Source: Eledone cirrhosa
Lineage: Eukaryota
Direction: 5' to 3'
NCBI GenBank assembly: GCA_964016885.1
Contig: CAXHJY010000748.1
Coordinates: 1-25,982, forward strand
Length of the DNA: 25,982 bases
Shown: positions 16,553 to 25,982 of the stretch, piece after piece
How positions within the stretch are numbered: the stretch's first letter is position 1
Layout: each line of letters starts with the position of its first letter
The notes under the pieces: generated by a model
Seen by the model: only the letters and a program-made list of their open reading frames with translations
The model's database searches: none
What the model was told of the DNA's origin: nothing
Made by a program: the position numbers and the translations under genes

Positions 16553-17510
16553 ATTTTACGTCCGCTTTTCCCTTCTTTCAAGGGTAGAACAGGTCTTATT
16601 CAGCACAGCGTCTCTCCACTTGTCACGATCCTTTGTCATCTCCTCCATGAGCTTCAGTGATCTGAGGTCTCTCATCACCTCCGCCCATGTTTACTGTGGA
16701 CTTCCTCTTCTGTCTTCTGGTATTTCTTGGAACTTTTTTACCCAGCAGTCATCCTCCATGTGCATCACATGTCCATACCAATGCAGTCTTCTCTCCCGCA
16801 CACTACAGCTTATCGTTCTTATACACAGTTTCTCTCTCAACTCATCCATGCTTTGTTGCTCATACACATTGACATTGCACATCCAGCAGAGCATGTTTGC
16901 CTCATTTCTCTCCAGCCGTCGCATATCCTCGGCAGTTGCTGCCCATATCTCACTACCATGCAACATCAGGCATCATAAACCCGGCCTTTCGTTCGTAAGG
17001 AGAAACCCTTCTTTGTCAACAGAGGAAGCAGCTCCCTAAACTTGTTCCAACCCGTCCTTATTCTAGACACTATGGCCTCAGAACACCCTCTTCCCATGCT
17101 AATCTGATCACCTAAGTATTGGAAGCTATCAAACACTTCTATAGATCCTACCAGCATTTGAAAAAATGTGTATCACTGCGACTCCTACTGTCAAATGTCC
17201 CTGTACATCTACTGCATACGTATTTCTCCATACCTGTTAGTTTATCCCACTACATCTCTTGTGTACATTTTGTAGAATTTATGCCAACTCCTTTCCTACA
17301 TATCGAACATGGCCATTTCCCTGACGGAATCAGAGTTTTGTCCACTTTTCTAGTTATCAACACTTTAGTCTTAGCTAGGTTCACTCTCAGTCCTCTTGCT
17401 TCCAACTGCTGTTTCCATAGCCAGAATTTATTCTCTAGCTCTTCTACTGATTCTGCTATAAATACCAGATCATCGGCATAGAGATGTTACCATGGGCAGC
17501 CAGTCTTATA
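16553..17510 (-). mobile_element. RTE-clade LINE, 5'-truncated, decayed
   Basis: LYADDLVFIAE at ~17450-17483, then WPCSICRKGVG, FQYLGDQI, RIRTGWNKFRELLPLL, MLHGSEIW and RRLHWYGHVMHM. 3' tail ends next to (TA)n. Confidence 0.92.
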
Positions 17511-17724
17511 CTTCACTGTTATGGTTTGGAGAACTATAATGAACAAGAGCTGAATGATGTACTCCTACTGGTATCTGGAATTTACAAACACACCGAGCAT
17601 TATAATAAATGTTCGGTGAATCCATACGTACATATATATATGTGTGCATACTACTGTACGTCTGTACACATATATGTATGTACGTATACATATATATATA
17701 TATATACATATAAATATACATATA

Positions 17725-18058
17725 TGGCTTCGTGGTTAGAGCATTGGCCTTGCAATCGAAAGGTTGTGAGTTCAATTCTCAGACCGGGTGATGTGTTGTT
17801 TCCTTGAGCAAGACACTTTATTTCACATTGCTCCAGTTTACTCAGTTGTAGAAATGAGATGATAGGGACTGAGATCCATATCATTCCACTGCAAAGTGGT
17901 CGTGGAGGTGCCACGGCAAAAAAAGCACCCAGCACTCACTGTAAATGAGGTTGGTGTTAGGAAGGGCATCCAGCTGTAGAAATCAAGCCAGAATCAGTTC
18001 CCGTCCCACCCTTGCAAGCAGGGAAAAAGCGGATTTAAAATCAAATGATGAGGATGAT
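17725..18058 (+). mobile_element. tRNA-derived CORE-like SINE with RTE-derived 3' tail
   Basis: A-box TGGCTTCGTGGTTAGAGC and B-box GAGTTCAATTC. CORE-like ccttgagcaagacactt...ctcagttgtagaaatgag. Tail acccttgcaagcagggaaaaagcgg..aaaat plus (ATG)n-like end. Confidence 0.8.
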
Positions 18059-18079
18059 ATATATATATTCTCAGGTGCA

Positions 18080-18690
18080 ATAAGTAGCAGGTGTCCACAG
18101 GATACTAGCCCAGATGGTTCTATAGAAATAGTGGACACCTTCCGTTACCTGGGTGATAAAATCAACAGTGGTGGAGGGTGCTCTGAAAGTACAGTAGCCA
18201 GAGTCCGAACGGGATGGAAAATGTTCAGAGAGCTTATACCGCTGTTGGCCACAAAAGGTTTCTCTAAAAATGAAAGGCAGATTGTATGATGCCTGTATAC
18301 GAACAGCAATGCTACATGGCAGTGAGACATGGGCATTGAGTGCAGAGGATCTACGCAGACTGGAAAGGAACGAAGCATGCATGCTCCGTTGGATGTGTAA
18401 TAGTAATATACGGGAACGGCAAAGCATAAATGAACTAAGTGAGAAATTAGGAATAAGAGGGATCGGATGCTGTTTACTTGAGAGAAGACTACGTTGGTAT
18501 GGCCACGTGATGCGCATGAAAGATGACAGCTGTATAAAAAAGTGCAGGGCGATCAAAATTGACGGTAGTTACGGAGTAGGTAGACCCAGAAAAACCTGGG
18601 ACGATCTGATAAATTCCGACCTTACACACTTGCACCTCTCTAAGACAATGTCACTGGACTGAGATCTTTGGCCCTACGCAGAAGACCCGC
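18080..18690 (+). mobile_element. RTE-clade LINE 3' fragment, inverted relative to 16553-17510
   Basis: IEIVDTFRYLGDKI...ARVRTGWKMFRELIPLL, a frameshift near 18270, then KGRLYDACIRTAMLHGSETW...RLRWYGHVMRM...GRPRKTWDD. Confidence 0.92.
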
Positions 18691-18992
18691 CTTGCCTATG
18701 TACAAAACGAAACCTACAGTCAGTAGGCACCTCTTAACCAAAATATACACCCCTCCCACTCCCACCAACACCATCCTCTCTCTATAAAGTTGGTACCACA
18801 ACATCCAGTCCAATTAAATGAGATAATGAGATTGAGATCATGTAGGTGTCACAACAAAAAAACACACAGTCCACGCTGTAATGTGGCCGTGTAGGTAACA
18901 CGGTAAAAAGTTCCCAGTTCCACACTGTAAATGTGGTCGGTGTTAGGAAGGGCATCCAGCCGTACACACACACATATATATATATATATATA

Positions 18993-21530
18993 TTTCTTTA
19001 TTTGCCACAAGGGCGCACAAGAAAAGGGGACAATACAAAGACACATGCCAGGGATTTTACATACAGTTGTGTAAAAAAAATATAAAACAAACAAACAATT
19101 ATAACAATCGAAATCCCCAATAGGGGGCAGACGCCACAAATGGGTTGTTTAATACTCCGTTCAACTTCAGGAGTGTGTTGTGCAAGTGCTCCCTTCTTCC
19201 TTTAGCTCTCTTCTTTAACCTACAGGCTTATAAACAGAAGGCCCAATCACTCAGGCCATTTTCGCTTTATTCACCCACCTTTCAGTAAATTTACTGGGGT
19301 GCAGTGTTCTCTCTCCACTCTGATTCTCCTTCTAAAGTGATACTTAAAGAAGGGAATTAATTGTTGTCCGGAGAGAAAAACAGCTGTCCTCCTCAGTCCT
19401 CTCAATCTCATCCACCATATAACCTCTTTCACCATAGCCACTGTCTATAGGTCCCGGGCAGAAAGTCCTACCGAACAGACTGGTGAGTTCGTCGTCTTCC
19501 ACGCCTAGAGTTTCCCCGAGCCCGTCGTCGCACTTGTAAAGTACTAACCCTCTATAGAATGCCTGTGGTCGGTGAGGAATACCTGAAGATGCCGTAGCCT
19601 CAGCGCATCATTAGCCACGGCATGCCCAGCCCTCCGTTGGAAGGGTGTTGACAGCAGACGGATCTCCTCACCAGTGCAGCCTGCTTCTTCCACAGGAACT
19701 GGAAGAGCATGCGTTCCATCTTGGTGAGGTATTCACGAGGACAAGGCATGACAGTCAAGCAGTAGTAGATGACGGACGCTATGAAAGTGTTCGCCACCTC
19801 CTCGACCTTTCAAAGGCAGTTTGCACTCTGCCCACTTCTGGGTGAGCACAAATACCTTGGCCATGACCTCGCTCCAGTTTTTCTCCACCTGGAGGTTTAG
19901 GCCGAACCTGACCCCGAGCAATTTTACCGGTCCTTCCGTCCAGCATCCGACGACGCTGCCGGATGGCATTGGTTTGCCTCTCCACGTTCCGAGTTGCAAA
20001 CCGACAGACTTGTTCGGGTTCAGTTTTGCTCCTGTGAACCTTTCGTATTCCTGAAGTAGGTTGCCGATTACCTCGATTTCCGAGATTTTTGACACCATTA
20101 CCGTTACGTCGTCAGCATAAGCCGACGCCGCTTTTCGCATTCCCGGTTCTAAAGGGATGCCCTGCAAAAGCTCCAACTTCCGCAGTAGCGGCTCTAGAAT
20201 CAATAAGTACAGAATGGAGAAGAGAGGGCATCCCTGTTGAATGGAACGCGTGATTGCGAACGGCTTCGATAGGTAGCCGTTCACCTTGATCTTCGAGCAA
20301 ATGTTGGTGTACATCGCCTTGATCCAGCCTCTGAAAACGGGACCGAAACTGGCCGCCTTGAGAACCGCTTCCAAGTATCGATGGGCAACCCTATCGAATG
20401 CCTTAGACTGATCTAAATTGATCAGAGCCCCACCTTACCCTCTCTATGATGTATCGCATGAGGTGGAGGTTGTCATGTATGGATCTATTCGGGATTGCAC
20501 ACGTTTGCGCTTTCTCTACCAGCCTCGTTGCTAGCACCTTGGCCAAAATCTTTAACTCTGTGTTGTGGGCCTGAAATTGTTTTTTTTTCATCCTTCTTGT
20601 TCTCGTCTTTCCTGATCAGCGTTACTACGCCCTTGCCTGCAGAACTGGGAATTGTCCCGTTCTGCTGCCAATTGCAGTAGACGGCTTCGAGAACACCCAT
20701 GCCTATGTAAAACTCATAGGGTAGACCATCTAGACCGGGTGATTTGCGTTTCCGGCAGCGGCCCAGAGCGTCCCGTATCTCAGCGGCTGTGATCGGTCTT
20801 TCGCAGAACTCGGCGTCCATACTCAAGAGACGTGGCAGGCCGTGGAGGTATGAACCAAAGTCCATTGCCCCGTTCGGTGCACCGTCGTTCTGCTCAAAAA
20901 GTCGAGCAAAGTGCCACTGAAAGGCCGCACACATCTGCCTGGGGTCAAGTAGCATGCGTCCGTTTTGGTCTTTCAAAGACCGAATCGCGGACTTGTTGCT
21001 ACTTTTCGCTTCCTCCACTCGGGCCCAGCTAACAGCTTTTGCTCCCTCGTTTCTTAGAGCACGTGTTTTACTTCTGACCACGCAGCCTTCGTGTTTCGCG
21101 TCGAAGAACTGGTCTAGTGCCGTTCTCGATGCTAGCACTCTAGCTGTGTTGCCACTCCTAAGCGCCTCTTCTACTTTGGCTACTAGTTCTGTTTCTGATT
21201 TGTTTTTCTCTAAAGCTAATTCTCTGTTAAATCCTATTGATTCTACTCTAATTGCTCTCTTGAGAGAGTACCACTATCTATTGTTGACGATGGCTCCCAT
21301 CAACTCTTGCTTAACTAGTCTACTTATCCGTTCACTGTAGGCTTTTCGTGCCGGTAACGTCACGTTCAGCTTCCAGTATCCGGGTCCTTGTCTATGTATT
21401 CTTTCATGGTTGACTATGCAGACGACTAGTTTGTGATCTGAATAGGCAACCATGTGCATTTGTGGACAGCTTAACATCTTCTTGTCCTTTTCTCTAATGA
21501 AAAACCTATCTAGATACGATCTAGATGTCC
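18993..21530 (-). mobile_element. Tx1/L1-clade non-LTR retrotransposon, decayed (end of APE endonuclease + RT + C-terminus + 3' UTR)
   Basis: SYLDRFF/SDHKLV/GYWKLN (endonuclease end), KSPGLDGLPYEFY, KILAKVLATRL, QGCPLFS, AYADDVTV, GGLGMP and KEVIWWMR. Minus-strand AATAAA at 18997-19002, then (TA)n. Multiple frameshifts and internal deletions. Confidence 0.92.
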
Positions 21531-21539
21531 ATGCATATA

Positions 21540-22229
21540 CGAGGTGTGTCAGGACTGATGTCACAAAAGATTTATTTCAAACCCAAACTTCACACCAAGC
21601 GTTTTCTCCTTCAAAGTAATCCTCCTGGAGTCTAATGCACTTTTCCATCCTTTTCTGCCACGCTTGCATGCACTCCTGGAAGGATTCTTCCGGGATCCTC
21701 CACAGTTCCTTCGTCACGGCCTTTTTGATGTCGTCCACGTCTTCAAAACGGGTCCCCTTGATGATTCCCTTGAGCTGGGGGAATAGGAAAAAAATCACAC
21801 GGAGCCAGGTCGGGGGAGTAGGGAGGTTGCTCCAGCACAGCGATGTTCTTCTCGGCCAGGTACTGTCAGAGGCTCAGGGCATTGTGAGCAGGAACGTTGT
21901 CATGGTGAAGCATCCACGAGTTGTCCTGCCTCAACCTCACCTTTCCTCACGCACTGAACGAAGCAAACGCTGCAGTATCTCTTTGTAGACATGTTGGTTG
22001 ATTGTATGGCCCTGTGGCAAGAACTCGCAGTGGACGATCCCCCTCACATCGAAGAATGTGATCAACATGACCTTGACTTTGGACTTCGACTGTCATGTTT
22101 TCTTCGGCCTTGGCGACGACGGACTCTTCCTCTGAAGGCTCTGGCATTTGGTTACCGGGTCGTACTCGAAGATCCATGACTCATCAGCGGTGATGACTGT
22201 CCCTAACAAGTCTGGTTCGATTTCAAGAC
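21540..22229 (-). mobile_element. Truncated mariner copy (3' half of transposase plus one TIR with an 11-bp deletion)
   Basis: Collinear with 23495-24194. TA precedes cgaggtgtgtc; agaaaagttcc is missing from the TIR. Motifs ITADESW and FFLFPQLK...QEDYFEG. Confidence 0.93.
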
Positions 22230-23191
22230 GGATATATATATACACACAAACACACATATATATACACACAAACACATATATGCACACAAACATATATATA
22301 CGTCTAAACCCATGCTTGCGTGGAAGATAGACGTTAAACGATGATGATGACACAAACACATATATATATATACAAACACACATATATATATATATATACA
22401 TACACACACACATATATATATAAACACACATATACACACCCACACATATATATATATATTAAGAAATCCATACAATTGAGTGTGTCTGCATTATACTTTC
22501 ACTATTGAGACCTGTTGTAAAAAAAAAAAAAAAAATTCACAATCGTAACTGTCAAAAATTAGTTTCACTTTTGAGACCGCCCGTCTTGACGTATACCTAT
22601 ATATATATATATAATTTCTATTTCTTTCGCCAGACGATATTACTCGGAACAACTGGTGCGGTACCCCTAGTTGTCGCTGGCCATTGACCGCCAGCTCGCG
22701 CATATTTGTAATATATATACCACCCTGACAATCTATCGTGACTATACATATATATATCACACCTAAACTTCTTCATAAAAGCCTCTTTATGTTAATTGTC
22801 ACCTCTCTATATCAATTACACACACTCTCTACTTCTCACTCCCTCTATTTTACTTTCTCTGTCACTTTCTATCTCTCTTTCATTCACACACACACTCTCC
22901 CTTTTTAATGTCTATGTCTGTTTGTCCTTGAAAAAACATATTTCGCAGCAATATCAAGCATGCCTGACCAGCCTGAGTGACGTGTGACCTCAGCGCTGAC
23001 ACTTCCATCTGACGGGATGGTGGTAGTACATTAAAGGCTTACACCCCACACCAGAAGGTAGTATCTTGACCCAATTATCAGGCACTTGTGGGCGGTGCAC
23101 GCAGCTACAAGTTGCTAAAATACCGACCACCCTCTTGTCTCTGATTTAAACACCAAGGATTTTTATCTGCTATATTCCTTCGTTATATTTT

Positions 23192-23258
23192 GAATTACCT
23201 GATGATGTCACCGGATTCATACTAAACCCGGTCATTGAAATGATCATAGTATAATAAA
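23192..23258 (+). ncRNA. Candidate degenerate minimal type-I hammerhead ribozyme (Penelope/retrozyme-like)
   Basis: CTGATGA (23199-23205); stem ACCGG/CCGGT (23210-14/23228-32); GAAA (23237-40); palindromic ATGATCAT (23240-47); H17 = A23248; short stem I TAC/GTA; AATAAA at 23253-58. Confidence 0.45.
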
Positions 23259-23494
23259 CATTTCAAGGATTTACACCAGAATATGCCTCCTGTTATTTTG
23301 TAATAATTAACTCTGTACTCGCACCACCAACTACACAAATGAAGACGGGTGGTTGAATTACGTTGAGTGCTTTCCATAACATTACATCGTGGCTGACCAC
23401 ACAGAATGACCAGTTCTATCCAGTGGTGAACCAACAAACCCAAATAAATATATATATACATATATATACATATATACATATATATATATATATA

Positions 23495-24806
23495 CGAGGT
23501 GTGTCAGAAAAGTTCCAGGACTGATGTCACAAAAGATTTATTTCAAACCCAAACTTCACACTTAGAGTTTTCGCCTTCAAAGTAATCCCCCTGGAGTCTA
23601 ATGCACTTTTCCATCCTTTTCTGCCACGCTTGCATGCACTCCTGGAAGGATTCTTCCGGGATCCTCCGCAGTTCCGTCGTCACGGCCTTTTTGATGTCAT
23701 CCACGTCTTCAAAACGGGTCCCCTTGATGACCCCCTTGAGCTTGGGGAATAGGAAAAAATCACACGGAGCCAGGTCGGGGGAGTAGGGAGGTTGCTCCAG
23801 CACGGCAATGTTCTTCTCGGCCAAGAACTGTCAGAGGCTCAGGGCATTGTGAGCAGGCGTGTTGTCATGGTGAAGCATCCACGAGTTGTCCTGCCTCAAC
23901 CTCACCTTTTCTGACGCACTGAACGAAGCAAACGCTGCAGTTTCTCTTTGTAGACATGTTGGTTGATTGTATGGCCCTGTGGCAAGAACTTGCAGTGGAC
24001 GATCCCCCTCACATCGAAGAATGTGATCAACATGACCTTGACTTTGGACTTCAACTGTCATGCTTTCTTCGGCCTTGGCGACGATGGACTCTTCCACTGA
24101 AGGCTCTGGCGTTTGGCTACCGGGTCGTACTCGAAGATCCATGACTCATCACCGGTGATGACTGTCCCTAGCAAGTCTGGTTTGGTTTCAAGACACTCGA
24201 GGATGTCCTGGCACACTTGCATGCGTCGACCCTTCTGGTCATCGTTCAGCAGTTTTGGCACCATCTTCGCGCAGACTTTCCGCATATCCAAATTTTCAAT
24301 GAGAATCTTCCAGACGCTGTCCCGATTCATGCCCAGGTCATTTGCCATCAGTCGAACAGTCAGAAGACGATCGTTATGCACTATCTGCCTGACGCTCTCA
24401 ACGTTGACCTCAGTCCTGGTTGTTGAGGGCCTTCCGCTCCTGGGGTCATCTTCCACATCCTTGCGTCCTTCTTTAAATCTCTTGCACCACTCAAAAACAC
24501 GTGAGCATGACATCGTCTCATCTCCATACACTTGCTGCAGCAATCCCAGTGCTTCTGACGGAGTTTTCCCCAACCGTACCAGAAACTTCAAGTTTGTTCG
24601 TTGCTCTGTGCTCATTGCTTAACGACCTGAAACAGAGGACATGAATATAAAATTATGAAGAAAAATGTTTGATCGCTGCAGAGAGTTAAAATTACAGTTA
24701 CATACTCCAGGGCGAATACTTTGAAGGAGAAAACTCTTAGTGTGAAGATTGGATTTGAAATGAATCTTTTGTGACTTCAGTACTGGAACTTTTCTGACAC
24801 ACCTCG
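23495..24806 (-). mobile_element. Full-length (1312 bp) mariner DNA transposon with ~103-bp imperfect TIRs
   Basis: TIRs at 23495-23597 and 24704-24806 (9 mismatches by my alignment). TA on the left, AA on the right; lies in TA-rich repeats. Confidence 0.96.
23543..24615 (-). pseudogene. Mariner (DD34D-type) transposase pseudogene
   Basis: MSTEQRTNLKFLVRLGKT..., DDPRSGRP, CAKMVPKLL, ITGDESW, HHDNTPAH and YSPDLAPCDFFLFPKLK. TGA stops at 24058-60 and 23831-33, with a further stop/frameshift near 23900. Confidence 0.95.
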
Positions 24807-24875
24807 AATATAAATATGTACATATATATAAAATATATACGCACATATATAAATATATACACATATACACATATA

Positions 24876-25045
24876 TTAGAGCATTGGCCTTACAATCGAA
24901 AGGTTGTGAGTTCAAATCTCAGACCGAGTGATTTGTTGTTTCCTTGAGCAAGACACTTTATTTCCCATTGCTCCAGTTTACTCAGCTGTAGAAATGAGAT
25001 GATAGGACTGGGGTCCCTATCATTCCACTGCAAAGTGGTCGTGGA
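24876..25045 (+). mobile_element. Second, partial copy of the CORE-like SINE
   Basis: Highly similar to 17736-17906 (ttagagcattggcctt.caatcgaaaggttgtgagttcaa...cattccactgcaaagtggtcgtgga). Confidence 0.88.
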
Positions 25046-25569
25046 TTTGAAATAAGTCAACTAAGCATAGGTAACTATATATTACCCGTATGTTTTGTGA
25101 AGGTATGTATACCTTCTCGTACGTATATTTGACTGTTATGGCGTATACTTTTTACATATTCTGGTATTTAGGGTTTGGCTATGTGTATACGGGAGTTTTG
25201 CGTCTGCGTGAGTATGGTTCGTACGTATGGTGGTTGTGTGTATATGTGTACTTCTTGTTTTAGTTGACTTACGTCTCCGAACATTCGTGTATTTATATGT
25301 AGGTATGAGTGTGCGCTTGTTATATACGTATTTATTTACTTATATACGTTTATATAATTATTTATTTATTTGTACACAAGCATACACACACACACACATA
25401 TTTATATGTGCGTGGTTTTGTATACCTACGGTAAGGTTTTTGCGTATGCTTGTGTATGTACGTATCTGTTTGCGTGTATGTATTTATTTGTTTCTATTAC
25501 TTCTGTATTGTATTTATTTACTTTGTTCTTAACTCTGTAGCGGAGATTCATTTGGTCTCCTAGTTAGAA

Positions 25570-25826
25570 TTTTAGTCTACGACTTCTGCTTACCATTTAC
25601 GTGATTTTGTCTTTGCGTGCTATTGTTCTCCACGCTCCACATATGACTTATTGTCTTCGTTTTTTCGTTCATTGCCAGAGAATGTCTCTATGCACCACCT
25701 AAGAGAACATTAGTCTACGACCTCTTTTATACCATAAACGTGGTTCTGTCTTTGCGCGTAATTGTTTTTCACCGCTCCTATTAATGACGTATTATTCGTT
25801 TTTTCCCGTTCTTTGCCAGCGAACGT
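25570..25826. repeat. Diverged two-unit tandem repeat, period ~138 bp
   Basis: ttagtctacgac...tacca...acgtg.tt.tgtctttgcg...attgtt...cgctcc...atgac...cgttc.ttgccag.gaa.gt occurs twice (starting ~25572 and ~25710). Confidence 0.8.
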
Positions 25827-25982
25827 TACCACGAACCAAAGTATCGTCTTCCTGTCTTCCTCCGGTTGGAACATTTTTTGAAATATCCAGTTCTGCGTTT
25901 ACAGATTGACTTTGTTAGTTTCAGAAGATCCCGTTAAGGGTGAAAGCAGCGATTCTTTGCTTAAACTTTAATCTGTTATTTT

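Noticed and set aside
17725-17800. tRNA-like sequence (also ~1912 and ~24876)
   Set aside because: A/B boxes are present but there is no complete cloverleaf and it continues into a SINE body; these are SINE heads, not tRNA genes.
24058-24615. 185-aa ORF as a domesticated transposase DNA-binding gene
   Set aside because: It lies in an element with both TIRs and ends at a probable CGA-to-TGA stop, with decayed catalytic sequence downstream; no evidence of selection from sequence alone.

Overview
This is eukaryotic, very AT-rich, repeat-dominated genomic DNA. The mix of SINE, RTE and mariner elements with huge (TA)n tracts resembles an octopus/coleoid cephalopod genome; that is an inference from repeat style, not a database match. 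The one host gene I can support is missing from the ORF track because it is spliced: a metallothionein-like gene on the + strand. Two exons are visible (13298-13417 and 14186-14247), encoding 60 residues with 17 Cys, 13 Lys, 1 His and no aromatic residues, followed by poly(A) signals. Its ATG-bearing first exon was not located. Exon 2 sits about 27 nt downstream of a ~5 kb (TA)n-derived tract. The rest is a nested set of decayed mobile elements: a full-length dead mariner with ~103-bp TIRs, a truncated sister copy with the same lesions, an older mariner fragment, three RTE-clade LINE fragments, a Tx1/L1-clade LINE, tRNA-derived SINEs, and hAT-, piggyBac- and mariner-type MITEs. There is also a ~150-bp-arm foldback and a candidate minimal hammerhead ribozyme. 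No rRNA, true tRNA or CRISPR was seen.
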